DNA from: a virus
Reading direction: 5' to 3' (one strand)
Length of the DNA: 64,000 nucleotides
IMG/VR virus record: IMGVR_UViG_3300045988_092126
Shown here: positions 52,125-61,448 of the stretch, in pieces
Layout: each line of letters starts with the position of its first letter
Position numbering within the stretch: the first letter of the stretch is position 1
Program-made: the position numbers and the translations under genes
The notes under the pieces: model-generated
What the model was told of the DNA's origin: nothing
Databases searched by the model: none
Seen by the model: the letters and a program-made list of their open reading frames with translations, nothing else

Positions 52125-52872
52125 ATGTTCATGAGAGTGATAAACACAGGCAGTCAACCGGGAAACTGCTATGCGCTTAAATCCGAATCCGGCGAAATCT
52201 TACTTTTGGATTGCGGATGTAGATACTCGGAAATTCTAAAAGGAATTTCTTATAGGATATCGGACGTTTTGGGGTGTTTAATAAGTCATGAACATGGTTG
52301 ATTAAGGTGACCATAAGAAGTCGTACAAAGAAATATTGAACGCAGGCATTCAAATTTACACTAACGACGAGACAGTTGAGAGTGTAAACACAATCTCTGG
52401 TGAGCTGATGAGTGGCTTACCAGAAAAGAAACCAAAGGACATAGGTTCGTTCCGTGTAACACCGTTTTACGTCCCGCACGACAAGACACCAAACTTCGCG
52501 TACCTGATATCTCATGAAGAATGTGGACGACTGATATATGCGACAGACTTCTCATATTTGCCGTTCACATTCAAGAACATGAGAATAAATCACTTCCTTA
52601 TAGAATGCAATCATCTGGACGAATCACCGGAACAGGATTCGTTTAAGTTTGAGCACTCCGTCCGGGGGCACAGCAGCTTATCTACTGTAAAAGAGATTAT
52701 TCGAGTGAACAAGACCGCTTCGCTCAGAACCATAACGCTGTGTCACCTGTCAGAGGGATGGGGAAATCCGGAAGTGATGCAGAATGAGATACAGGACGTT
52801 GCCGGGGATGATGTTCTGGTGCAGATCGCAAGACCGGGACTGAATGTTGATTTGAATTTATGCCCGTTTTGA
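52125..52872 (+). pseudogene. MBL-fold hydrolase gene split inside the HxHxDH motif by a 10 nt insert
   Basis: 52125-52301 encodes ...LISHEHG followed by TGA. Ten nt later GAC CAT resumes (DHKKSYKEIL...) in the +1 frame and continues to 52872. Confidence 0.7.
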
Positions 52873-52883
52873 AAGGAGAAAAA

Positions 52884-53450
52884 ATGGAAATTGATAAATC
52901 AAAATTAAAGTTGGGAATTTGGTATGAGGATGAAAACGGAAATTTAATTAAGCCAGAAGATGATTTGGCGTGTGAAGCACCAGAAGGAGCGAGAACGTAC
53001 CATTCCTGCTTTCCGTTACAAATAACAGAACACGTTTATGTAGTGCATGGCAAAGCTGAGAAAGAAGCGTGCAAGCACAAACGGAAATATTGGAAAAAGG
53101 ATACAGGTCTGATAAGGGGATTAAAAGGCCATATATGCACTAATTGTGGGTGTAGCCAAACAAGAAAGTGGTGGCAGCCATGGGGAAGAAAATGGGATTA
53201 CGGAACGGATACCACACCACTTATTGACTTTCATACAAGTATTGGAGGTGGAAATCAAGATGTCATAATGGCAATGGTAAACAGCGGAGATTATACATTA
53301 CAGGAAGCACTTGTTGTTTTTTCTACGGCCTGCGAAAGATGTATGAATGTGCTTGCATACAAGTATTTGAACGGAGCAGATGGGTACGAAGAATATTCAG
53401 ATGAGTGGAAAAAATGCAATACTGAATGCGATTTTTGCAAGAATAGTTAA
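52884..53450 (+). CDS. Cys-rich hypothetical protein
   Basis: Internal ATG with an AAAGGAG RBS. Confidence 0.6.
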   Translation: MEIDKSKLKLGIWYEDENGNLIKPEDDLACEAPEGARTYHSCFPLQITEHVYVVHGKAEKEACKHKRKYWKKDTGLIRGLKGHICTNCGCSQTRKWWQPWGRKWDYGTDTTPLIDFHTSIGGGNQDVIMAMVNSGDYTLQEALVVFSTACERCMNVLAYKYLNGADGYEEYSDEWKKCNTECDFCKNS

Positions 53451-53485
53451 ATTGAGATTCACGAACCATACAGGGAGGAAACAAA

Positions 53486-53896
53486 ATGAAACAGTGGACA
53501 GAAGAAGAACTTATTAATGACGGAAACAGATTAAGAAATGCTGAAATCACAAATGTATCATTAAATTTCAAAGATCACGGAGTACTTACCCTTGACCTCA
53601 CTCTTTCTGGCGGTGGATGGGGAGTTGTATTCGGAGGATATGTTTTAGGACATGGTTACCTTGGCTCGGAAAACTTTAAAGGTTCAAAGGCAGGGCTTGA
53701 AGTGATTATGAGAATCATGGACGTTGTTGGCGTAGATGACCTAATAGAAATGAAAGGAAAGCATGTCAGAGTTGCTATGAAAGGACTTGGACATTCAGTG
53801 AAAATTATCGGAAATTTCATTAAAGATGAATGGTTTGATTATGAAAGCTTCTTCGAAGATGAGAAGCCACTTCCAGAACCATATAAGGGAAATTAA
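53486..53896 (+). CDS. Hypothetical protein
   Basis: 136 aa with a GGGAGG RBS. Confidence 0.6.
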   Translation: MKQWTEEELINDGNRLRNAEITNVSLNFKDHGVLTLDLTLSGGGWGVVFGGYVLGHGYLGSENFKGSKAGLEVIMRIMDVVGVDDLIEMKGKHVRVAMKGLGHSVKIIGNFIKDEWFDYESFFEDEKPLPEPYKGN

Positions 53897-53906
53897 AAAG
53901 CACCGA

Positions 53907-54059
53907 CTATTTATCGGCACTTTTTACAAAATCTTGGAGAATGGTAATAACCAGATTATTGAAACTTCTGTTCTCCTGCTTGGCAATCTGCTCAAGTTGT
54001 TCTTTAAGCTGTATCGGGAACGTGATATTAGTTCTGGTCTTATCAGAATTGCTAGCCAT
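53907..54059 (-). CDS. Ribbon-helix-helix (CopG/Arc/MetJ-type) regulator
   Basis: MASNSDKTRTNITFPIQLKEQLEQIAKQENRSFNNLVITILQDFVKSADK. A hairpin + T-run follows the stop on the minus strand. Confidence 0.65.
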   Translation of the reverse strand: MASNSDKTRTNITFPIQLKEQLEQIAKQENRSFNNLVITILQDFVKSADK

Positions 54060-54122
54060 ATGAAATCCCTCCCTTGTTTTTAGAACATTGTAGCATTTTT
54101 GTCTATCGGTGTCAATTAGATG

Positions 54123-54206
54123 CCAAAGTGATACCAAAGTGATACCATTTTATCTTGCAATATAGGTGTTGAAGTGGTATCATAGTGGTATCATAATGGT
54201 ATCAAA
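54123..54206. promoter_or_regulatory. Operator array: 2 + 3 helically phased 11 bp repeats in inverted orientation
   Basis: CCAAAGTGATA twice (54123-44) and GTGGTATCATA, GTGGTATCATA, ATGGTATCAAA (54174-206). They flank a TTGCAA-containing core. Confidence 0.65.
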
Positions 54207-54219
54207 AATACACCAAAGA

Positions 54220-54846
54220 ATGAATCGAGGTGATAAGTTTTTGAATAACAACTATAAAAATTTTGTAAAAGCTAAGGCGATTGAAGCTGAGAATAAAAAA
54301 AGACTGTTGAAAATCAATCCGAGACTTGACAATAAAAGCGGAATCTATTTTCTGACTAGAATTGATGAAAATGGAATCCAGTATTTTTATATCGGACAGG
54401 CAGTTCATATAATTCAGAGGATGTGCTCGCACCTCACAGGTTATCAACATATTGATCTGTCTATAAAAAAACGAGGTTTTTTCAGCATAGATAACCCGTA
54501 TGGATGGATGATTAACTTTATACATTATCCAGCGGATAAGTTGGATGAAATGGAGCAGTTTTGGATTCTGGAATATACCAAAAAGGGGTATCAATGCAGG
54601 TACAACAAAACATCTGGTAGCCAAGGCGAAGGAAAGGAGAAGATAAATGAATTTAAGCCTGCTAAAGGCTATAGGGACGGCATACAGCAAGGCAAGAAAG
54701 CCCTCGCCAGAGAACTGTCGCATATCATAGATACGCACCTGCAAGTTTCTTTGAAGCCAGAGAAACAGAATAACAAAGTATCAATTCGGGCTTTTGAAAA
54801 ATTCCAGAACTTGATTGATGAAAAAACATATGAAAAGGAATCGTGA
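54220..54846 (+). CDS. GIY-YIG nuclease domain protein (start ambiguous: 54166, 54220 or TTG 54241)
   Basis: SGIYFLTRIDENGIQYFYIGQAVHIIQRMCSH...LDEMEQFWILEY. Confidence 0.65.
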   Translation: MNRGDKFLNNNYKNFVKAKAIEAENKKRLLKINPRLDNKSGIYFLTRIDENGIQYFYIGQAVHIIQRMCSHLTGYQHIDLSIKKRGFFSIDNPYGWMINFIHYPADKLDEMEQFWILEYTKKGYQCRYNKTSGSQGEGKEKINEFKPAKGYRDGIQQGKKALARELSHIIDTHLQVSLKPEKQNNKVSIRAFEKFQNLIDEKTYEKES

Positions 54847-55106
54847 ATATGGACGCATTAAGGCATCAAAAACACATGCAATGGATGCAGAACCGTAAGG
54901 ATATTTATTATTTCATCCGTAAATACGCAATGTCTCACAAAGGGACTCCAACAACCAAGAAGATATCTGAGGAACTAGATATCAGTAGGAGTGCAGTTCA
55001 AAGGCATCTAAGGCAGTTCGAGGACGATGGATTGATCGTATTTCACGGAACCAGTTCGCACAGGACATACGAACTGATAGGAGTAAAGAAACATGAAACT
55101 GTATGA
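54843..55106 (+). CDS. Winged-helix DNA-binding protein
   Basis: TTKKISEELDISRSAVQRHLRQFEDDGLIV. Confidence 0.55.
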   Translation: MNMDALRHQKHMQWMQNRKDIYYFIRKYAMSHKGTPTTKKISEELDISRSAVQRHLRQFEDDGLIVFHGTSSHRTYELIGVKKHETV

Positions 55107-55350
55107 CGTATACGACGGTTCAAAGTATATCGGGGAGCTAACGCTTGCTGAAATATCAGAATTGACAGGAAAGACAAGATGTCAGATATCGCAGGCAATC
55201 AGCGGGGCATATGACATTAACGGAAGATATGCGGTCATATATGATGGGCAACAAACAATCGCATACTCAAACAAGAATGACCGCAGGATGTTAATGGAAT
55301 TTGACATTCTGACTCAGAAGATAAGGAGGGCTGTCGGTTGGGAAAGTTAA
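55093..55350 (+). CDS. Small HTH-like protein
   Basis: LTLAEISELTGKTRCQISQAISG. Confidence 0.5.
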   Translation: MKLYDVYDGSKYIGELTLAEISELTGKTRCQISQAISGAYDINGRYAVIYDGQQTIAYSNKNDRRMLMEFDILTQKIRRAVGWES

Positions 55351-55718
55351 AAATCAAGCAGAAAAAGAAAGCATTCATTCCGTATACGAATCAGCAGGCT
55401 CATATATTTGCGCAGTCTATCCAGAACTGCCAGAAAGAGCTTAAGGAAATGGAAAAGAAAGCCTATGAAGATGGTTTTACCGTTGGTGAAGATTGGAGCA
55501 ATACGATCAACACCGTCACAACCATGATGGCCCTGAGACGTTTATATGGCTTTTCTACGAAGCGATTGCTTGATGTGATAAAGACTGCCAATGAGTATGT
55601 TGAAATGGCAAATGAGGGCAAAATGAGCGTTCTGAGCATGATACAAGACATTGAAGAGAACACAGATATAAGATTTGACGAGATGAATAAGAATCTGGTT
55701 AAGAAGATGGGAGTATAA
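55338..55718 (+). CDS. Hypothetical protein (TTG start)
   Basis: AAGGAGGG lies 8 nt upstream of the start. Confidence 0.55.
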   Translation: MGKLKIKQKKKAFIPYTNQQAHIFAQSIQNCQKELKEMEKKAYEDGFTVGEDWSNTINTVTTMMALRRLYGFSTKRLLDVIKTANEYVEMANEGKMSVLSMIQDIEENTDIRFDEMNKNLVKKMGV

Positions 55719-55779
55719 AATCATGGAGGACTGCACAATAGCATGTCAGTTGCTTACATGGGGAAAGTGAGGATGAAAA

Positions 55780-56067
55780 ATGAAATTTAAAAGTAACGCC
55801 AAGTATGACGAAGAACCTAAAACTGGAAGTATTTTTGCCTTGAAATACAATTCTTTAAGAATCGTTATTCACAAATACGTCGGCTGTGGAGATACGCTGT
55901 TTCTCAACTGTAGTACATTGGGTATTTACAACTACGATCTCAGAACAGAGGATTTTGAGGAAGCTGTCAGTAAAGCAAAAGAAATTATCATGCGTGAAGT
56001 TAAGAAAATCAGAGAGGATTCATACATATTCTATTCAGACAACAATATTGAATTTGACAGATATTAG
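55780..56067 (+). CDS. Hypothetical protein
   Basis: 95 aa. Confidence 0.55.
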   Translation: MKFKSNAKYDEEPKTGSIFALKYNSLRIVIHKYVGCGDTLFLNCSTLGIYNYDLRTEDFEEAVSKAKEIIMREVKKIREDSYIFYSDNNIEFDRY

Positions 56068-56076
56068 GAGGACGCA

Positions 56077-56433
56077 ATGACAGAGCAGGAAAAGAAAGAA
56101 CTTCTGGATGAACTTGAAAAACGTATGGATGAAAAATACAAAGGGTGTCTTACCAGAGAAGATGTCGGAACCACACTAAAAGCGCCGAGAGAAAAGTGGT
56201 TCAGAGACGAGAATGGAAATGGAAGATATTCTCTGATGGCAGATGCTTTTGATTCCACCATTATTTCATGGCAGGTCTGGGAAACAATCAGAAAGTTGAC
56301 TTGTGTTATCTGCGGTAAGCAGTATGTTAGACAGCTTGCAAATGTAGAGAATGCGGATGAGATTGCAGAGAAACTTTGCCAGTTTGTTTATGATTTGAAG
56401 ATGGAATTTAAAAAGAAGGAGGACGTAAAATGA
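56077..56433 (+). CDS. Hypothetical protein
   Basis: 118 aa with an AGGAGG RBS. Confidence 0.6.
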   Translation: MTEQEKKELLDELEKRMDEKYKGCLTREDVGTTLKAPREKWFRDENGNGRYSLMADAFDSTIISWQVWETIRKLTCVICGKQYVRQLANVENADEIAEKLCQFVYDLKMEFKKKEDVK

Positions 56434-56594
56434 GCTACTGTGACGGAACCTGTAAGTATCTGAATGTAAGAAAACACAAATGCGAATTGACAGGAGAAAA
56501 ACTCACATACATGAAACAGAGTTGTGGAATCGAGTATTCAGTGCATGAACACATAGGATTCTGTGAGAAAGATAAGGAGGACGCAAAATGTTAA
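56430..56594 (+). CDS. Cys-rich mini-protein (54 aa)
   Basis: Read by eye, with an ATGA overlap. MSYCDGTCKYLNVRKHKCELTGE... Confidence 0.4.
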   Translation: MSYCDGTCKYLNVRKHKCELTGEKLTYMKQSCGIEYSVHEHIGFCEKDKEDAKC

Positions 56595-56875
56595 TCAGAA
56601 GTCAAGATAAAAGCCGATTAATAAATTTTAACAATATACGAGAACTGCGATTCTGGGAATGTGCACAAGGGTTTGATATAACGGATTGCGTGTGCCCAAT
56701 TGGTCATTATTCCACCAGAGAAAAAGCCCTTAAAGTACTGGATATGATTCAGGAAGCTTATAGTGAATATCAAATCATGTTGAACTTCAGCGTAAGTTAT
56801 CTTCACGAATTTAAAGAAAAAACAGATGGATTTGCTATCTTTCAGATGCCAGAGGATAGCGAGGTGGAAGTATGA
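56588..56875 (+). CDS. Hypothetical protein (paralogue of 51127..51483)
   Basis: 95 aa with an AAGGAGG RBS. Confidence 0.6.
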   Translation: MLIRSQDKSRLINFNNIRELRFWECAQGFDITDCVCPIGHYSTREKALKVLDMIQEAYSEYQIMLNFSVSYLHEFKEKTDGFAIFQMPEDSEVEV

Positions 56876-57438
56876 AAAGATATGAAACAACAAAATTTCT
56901 TGGTCAATTGATGGAAAAAAGCTGTTTTTCCGGCCCAGGTAAATACTGGGCTAGAGAAGTAAGCCTTGATTATGGCTACGCAGCAGGAAAGCCAAGAAGA
57001 GTAAATTACATGCAGTTTATTCCGGAAAACCAGTGTTCTATCTCATCAATCGAAAAAGGAATATTTACATGCTATGAAATCAAAAGCTGCAAAGAGGATA
57101 TTTACAGCGGAAATGGATTAAATTTTATTGGCGAAAAAAACTATCTTGTAACAACAATGGAGTGCTACAAAGAGATTTTACCTGATTTAAAAAATGGAAA
57201 ATTTGCCCAACACATACGTGAGAATTTTCCAGAATGTTACGCGGAAATAGGTAACATGGGAGTAATGGTTGCAGTTCCGTATCAGAGAGATGTTGCCGAA
57301 GAATTTGAAAACCCAACACCACTAGATGGAGATGTGGAAAAATGGAGATTATCAGTTATTTTGAAGTGTGGACACAATGGGTCAAGAAAAAGATCCATGA
57401 CAGAACTGTTGTTTCACATGGTAAGAAGCTGGAATTGA
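56872..57438 (+). CDS. Putative PD-(D/E)xK-type nuclease (MmcB-like)
   Basis: ...FTCYEIKSCKEDIYSGNGLNFIGEKNYLV... (E-x-K context). Confidence 0.4.
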   Translation: MKRYETTKFLGQLMEKSCFSGPGKYWAREVSLDYGYAAGKPRRVNYMQFIPENQCSISSIEKGIFTCYEIKSCKEDIYSGNGLNFIGEKNYLVTTMECYKEILPDLKNGKFAQHIRENFPECYAEIGNMGVMVAVPYQRDVAEEFENPTPLDGDVEKWRLSVILKCGHNGSRKRSMTELLFHMVRSWN

Positions 57439-57454
57439 GAAAGGATGGAATAAT

Positions 57455-57781
57455 ATGAGCCATATCAAAGACAGATTATCGGATTATCATGATTTTGTGA
57501 AGAAACTTGCGGATGACCACCAGATGGTTTTAGCAAGCGATGTTATGGATATGATAGAACAGATTAAGGATGATCTGGAACAGGACGAGAAAGAAAATGG
57601 TTGGATTCCTGTCAGTGAGAGATTACCGGAAGACGGAACATATATCACTACTTTAGACGGAGAGCTTGTCGGACAGGAAGAACCATTCACGGGAATGTGC
57701 GGTATCGAAAATGGAAAATGGGATGATGAAGACTGTGTTATTGCCTGGATGCCACTTCCAGAACCATATAAGGAGGACTAA
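57455..57781 (+). CDS. DUF551-like protein
   Basis: WIPVSERLPEDG...WMPLPEPYKE. Confidence 0.6.
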   Translation: MSHIKDRLSDYHDFVKKLADDHQMVLASDVMDMIEQIKDDLEQDEKENGWIPVSERLPEDGTYITTLDGELVGQEEPFTGMCGIENGKWDDEDCVIAWMPLPEPYKED

Positions 57782-57783
57782 AC

Positions 57784-57885
57784 ATGATTACATTCTTATT
57801 AGGATTCACTCTTGGAATCATAGTCGGAGTGGTTGGTATTATATGTATAGCGATCATGTACGACAAGCATCACCCAGACGATTAG
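57784..57885 (+). CDS. 33 aa single-TM peptide
   Basis: MITFLLGFTLGIIVGVVGIICIAIMYDKHHPDD, read by eye. Confidence 0.35.
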   Translation: MITFLLGFTLGIIVGVVGIICIAIMYDKHHPDD

Positions 57886-57898
57886 AAAGGAGAACGGT

Positions 57899-58213
57899 AT
57901 GCTGACAAGGAATAAAAAGCTGAAAGACTACGGTATTCCGGCAGAAGACATAGAAAAACTGAATACGATGCTGAAAGACTTCCCGGCAGAGTACGGATAC
58001 CTGCTTTCTAGTGCCGCCTTGTCAGCTTGCCCGAAAAACACGGTGATAGCGGATATGGTTATTGAGAATATCCTACACCGGAAAAGTTACAGGAAAATCA
58101 GCAAAGAAAGATATATCCCGATGAACCCGAAAGACTTCTACGGATACAGACGCAAGACCGTCGCTGTACTGTATGAGAGGATGAGGCTGTTGGGAATGTG
58201 GGAGGATGAATAA
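57899..58213 (+). CDS. Hypothetical protein
   Basis: 104 aa. Confidence 0.6.
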   Translation: MLTRNKKLKDYGIPAEDIEKLNTMLKDFPAEYGYLLSSAALSACPKNTVIADMVIENILHRKSYRKISKERYIPMNPKDFYGYRRKTVAVLYERMRLLGMWEDE

Positions 58214-58444
58214 ATGCGTTTAATTGATGCAGACAAAATAATTGACTCTCTTGGAAATTCGGATATGGATTTTGCAATAGGTGCGGTTATTGACGAACAG
58301 CCGACAGCTTTTGATGTGGATGAAGTTGTTCAACAGTTGGAAATGTTAATCGAAGATAAATGTTCAGAATCAGGTGACGATTGGTATACAGCCCAATGCT
58401 TGAATGAAGCAGTTGAAATTGTAAAAGGTGGTGGAGTTGAATGA
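58214..58444 (+). CDS. Hypothetical protein
   Basis: 76 aa. Confidence 0.55.
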   Translation: MRLIDADKIIDSLGNSDMDFAIGAVIDEQPTAFDVDEVVQQLEMLIEDKCSESGDDWYTAQCLNEAVEIVKGGGVE

Positions 58445-58869
58445 GAGAAATTCTTTTTAAGGCAAAGCGGATTGATAATGGAGAATGGGTTGAGGGATGT
58501 TACGCGGAATGCAATGGCAAGACATTCATTGGAATTGATATATCCATTGGCATTGATGATATATTTGAGGTTTTTTGTACTCATGTAATTAGGTGGCTTG
58601 AAGTCGATCCAGAAACCCTCTGCCAGTTCACGGGGGAGACTGACAAGAACGGTAAGAGGATCTGGGAGAGCGATGTTGTTTGGCTTGTTTATGATGGTGA
58701 AGAACATATTTATCAGATAGTTTGGGATAACTCTGAATTAGATTTTAAAGCGACCAATGGTGAAGAAAATTACGGATTGAATTTTGAATATTTACTATGT
58801 TGCGATGAAATTGAAGTTATTGGAAACATTTTCGACAATCCAGAATTATTACAGGAGGAACACAAATGA
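58441..58869 (+). CDS. YopX-family protein
   Basis: MREILFKAKRIDNGEWVEG...QFTGETDKNGKRIWESDVV...VIGNIFDNPELL. Confidence 0.7.
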   Translation: MREILFKAKRIDNGEWVEGCYAECNGKTFIGIDISIGIDDIFEVFCTHVIRWLEVDPETLCQFTGETDKNGKRIWESDVVWLVYDGEEHIYQIVWDNSELDFKATNGEENYGLNFEYLLCCDEIEVIGNIFDNPELLQEEHK

Positions 58870-59108
58870 GTAGTGCAAGCGTAAGATTCGGAACAAAAGC
58901 GTATGTATGCGCAAGGTACTTCCTTAGACCGGGAAAGTGCTTCAAATACATCGATCAGTGTGGCGAAGACGCCGCAGAACACGTCTATGAGGTCATGGCA
59001 TTATATCCTTATTGCGTATTGTTAAGAGATACCAGAAACGGAGTCAGAACTTGCCCGGGATATAATACTTTGAGCCTGATGCTGAGAGGAAGTGAAGTGA
59101 GTGATTAA
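58866..59108 (+). CDS. Hypothetical protein
   Basis: 80 aa. Confidence 0.5.
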   Translation: MSSASVRFGTKAYVCARYFLRPGKCFKYIDQCGEDAAEHVYEVMALYPYCVLLRDTRNGVRTCPGYNTLSLMLRGSEVSD

Positions 59109-59252
59109 AGGAAAAGACATTTCGACTATGTTTACAAGAGAAGAAAACAAAAAGAACGGAAGGCTTGGATATTGTCAGGCTACAAGAGAAAAAGACACTA
59201 TCATTAGTCCTTCACAATATGGAGCATTCTTGCAGAAAAGAGGTAAGAGAAG

Positions 59253-59507
59253 ATGGGTAAATCAGTATTAATCATGAGCACACCAAAAGGATGTTTTGCT
59301 TGCCCATTTCATATGGCGGATTTCAATTTTAATTTATGCCTTGCAACAAGAAATGATTCAATCAGAACTATTTCTAAAGTAAGCCATGAAGGATTCAAAA
59401 AACTGGCCGGAAGACCCGAATGGTGTCCACTGAAAGAATTGCCAGAAAAATTGGAAACAAGCACACGTGATAATGAAAGATGCGGTCAAGACGCGGCAAA
59501 TAAGTGA
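59253..59507 (+). CDS. Cys-rich hypothetical protein
   Basis: CFACPFH...CPLKELP. Confidence 0.55.
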   Translation: MGKSVLIMSTPKGCFACPFHMADFNFNLCLATRNDSIRTISKVSHEGFKKLAGRPEWCPLKELPEKLETSTRDNERCGQDAANK

Positions 59508-59524
59508 TAAGGGAGGAAACGCGG

Positions 59525-60061
59525 ATGATTGATTTAACGAATACATGTGTTCTGGTTAGAACAAAAGAAGAAAATGAAATGCTTCTCAAAGAAGCTGAGA
59601 AACAGGGATTTCATTGGTATAGAGAAGACCATTGTGAGCCATTACAAGCACAATATTTTCCAGACATTTTAAAATTTTATGAACATGATATAACTTATGC
59701 GACAAGTGTCAAATCAGACTTTGCTTTCTATGAGGCATCAGAACTCCTCGGGACAAAAGAAATGACAGCAAGAGAATTTGCTGAACGGATTGCAGATGTA
59801 AGCAATTGTTGCGAACGTGAATGTATAGAATGTGTGTTGAATAAAAGAAATAATAAGTGTAACAATGATTTGTGCGATACCCGTAATTGGGGAAATAATA
59901 TAGATAAACTTCTTGAAATTGTGAAAACAGGCATTCAATCCCGGAGTAAAGCAATTGACATTTTTGAAAAATTTATCGAGAATCCAGACCGCGCAGCATT
60001 AAATGATGAATTTGTTGAGTCTTTGAAGCTAGCGGTGGAGAAGCTGAAAGAGGTGGAATGA
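59525..60061 (+). CDS. Hypothetical protein
   Basis: Internal ATG with a GGGAGGAA RBS. Confidence 0.6.
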   Translation: MIDLTNTCVLVRTKEENEMLLKEAEKQGFHWYREDHCEPLQAQYFPDILKFYEHDITYATSVKSDFAFYEASELLGTKEMTAREFAERIADVSNCCERECIECVLNKRNNKCNNDLCDTRNWGNNIDKLLEIVKTGIQSRSKAIDIFEKFIENPDRAALNDEFVESLKLAVEKLKEVE

Positions 60062-60594
60062 TGGAAAAGATAATAATTGACGATATGATAAAAGCCCTTA
60101 AATGCGTTGCCAGCCAGGATACTATAGGTGATTGCTATGCAGGCCACGAAAACTTCATGCATAGGAATGATGAGCATAAACGCATTGTCTGTGGAACTGG
60201 CGAGGATTTAAGAGATTATATAAGCGGGAAGGAAGCGGTTGGATGCCCGTATTATCAAAATACTTATGGATGTTGTTTTGAAAATGGGGAATTATCTTGG
60301 TTGAAAGATGTTGCAGAGCTGTTGGAAGAATTGAAGTCTTACAAAGACCTAGAAGAACAGGGATTACTTGTGAGATTGCCGTGTAAGGTTGGCGATTCTG
60401 TCTTCATCATTGTTGGTAAAGATGTTTCAAAACAGAAAATAATAAAGGTAGAAATTTCTGATAATGGAATTATCTTTAAAACGAATAGGCAGAAAAGAAT
60501 ATTTAGCATTGCCGGGCTTGGAGAAAACGTATTTCTCACCCTTGAAGAAGCTGAGAAGAAGCTGGAGGAGATGCAGAATGCTAAAAATGCCTAA
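60058..60594 (+). CDS. Hypothetical protein
   Basis: 178 aa. Confidence 0.6.
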   Translation: MMEKIIIDDMIKALKCVASQDTIGDCYAGHENFMHRNDEHKRIVCGTGEDLRDYISGKEAVGCPYYQNTYGCCFENGELSWLKDVAELLEELKSYKDLEEQGLLVRLPCKVGDSVFIIVGKDVSKQKIIKVEISDNGIIFKTNRQKRIFSIAGLGENVFLTLEEAEKKLEEMQNAKNA

Positions 60595-60760
60595 GTCAAT
60601 GAAATATAATAAGATTCCCGAAATGTGTGGAACATGTATTTATCGCAAATGGGTTCGTGAGTTTCTGGATTATGTGTGCACGAATCCGGACCCAGAATTA
60701 CATGGAACAGCAGTTGATTTCGATGATTATTGCGGAAAATGGAAGGAAAAACATGCATAG
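60578..60760 (+). CDS. Cys-rich mini-protein
   Basis: MLKMPKSMKYNKIPEMCGTCIY... Confidence 0.45.
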   Translation: MLKMPKSMKYNKIPEMCGTCIYRKWVREFLDYVCTNPDPELHGTAVDFDDYCGKWKEKHA

Positions 60761-60878
60761 ACATCAATGGATTAAATACCATCATCACAGAAGAGGATGG
60801 GTGTACAGATGTAGATTTTGTGGAAAGCTTTGCAGATAGAAGAAAGTGAGTAAAAATATTTGGAATGGGAGGATTAAC

Positions 60879-61184
60879 ATGAAACCAGAAGAAGCAATTA
60901 AAATCTTACAGGAACGTATTGGCTTAACTAAAAAGGTCTGGTCGAATGTACCAGAAATTATTAAGTACCGTGAAGCATTAGAATTAGCAGTTAAAGCGTT
61001 AGAAAATCAGACCCCAATGAAACCAAATAACATGAAAACTATTTTCGATTTTTCTGGCAGATATTATGCAACAAAAGGTAACTGCCCAGTTTGTAATAGT
61101 GAGGGACTTTATAAATCGGATTTTTATTGCAATAAGTGTGGACAGAGATTAGATTGGAGCGGAAAAGATGGCGTACAACATTGA
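60879..61184 (+). CDS. Zinc-ribbon-containing hypothetical protein
   Basis: CPVCNSEG...CNKCGQ, with a GGGAGG RBS. Confidence 0.55.
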   Translation: MKPEEAIKILQERIGLTKKVWSNVPEIIKYREALELAVKALENQTPMKPNNMKTIFDFSGRYYATKGNCPVCNSEGLYKSDFYCNKCGQRLDWSGKDGVQH

Positions 61185-61446
61185 TGAAAGTATTATTGCC
61201 AAAAGCATCAAGCATTACGGAGCGGAAATCCAGGGCACTGTCTGTATGGAAGAATGCGCAGAACTGATACAGGCGATCAGTAAAGCAAAGCGCGGAAAGT
61301 TTGATGAAAACAATATGACAGAAGAAATCGCAGACGTACTGATATGTATTGAGATATTAAAACAAATTTACAATATTCCGGATTACTCAATCAAAAACTG
61401 GATTGAACGAAAGCAGAAAAGAATACTTGACAGAATGGAGAAATAG
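61168..61446 (+). CDS. MazG-like nucleotide pyrophosphohydrolase
   Basis: CMEECAELIQAISK...MTEEIADVLICIEIL (EExxE...ExxD pattern). Confidence 0.65.
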   Translation: MAYNIDESIIAKSIKHYGAEIQGTVCMEECAELIQAISKAKRGKFDENNMTEEIADVLICIEILKQIYNIPDYSIKNWIERKQKRILDRMEK

Positions 61447-61448
61447 AT

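Noticed and set aside
52296-52310. In-frame TGA in the MBL gene plus a tRNA cluster, considered as a sign of stop-codon reassignment.
   Set aside because: All long genes (1658 and 1670 aa among them) are intact under the standard code. No tRNA has a suppressor anticodon (the anticodons are TTG, CAT, GTA, CAT and CCA). The downstream part is in a different frame.
59101-59271. 56 aa GTG-initiated (or 47 aa ATG-initiated) ORF bridging 58866..59108 and 59253..59507.
   Set aside because: It has no convincing RBS and overlaps both neighbours. It was left unannotated.
60753-60839. 28 aa His/Arg/Cys-rich ORF (MHRHQWIKYHHHRRGWVYRCRFCGKLCR).
   Set aside because: It is too short and has no clear RBS. 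It may be real given the many Cys-rich mini-genes, but the sequence alone does not support it.
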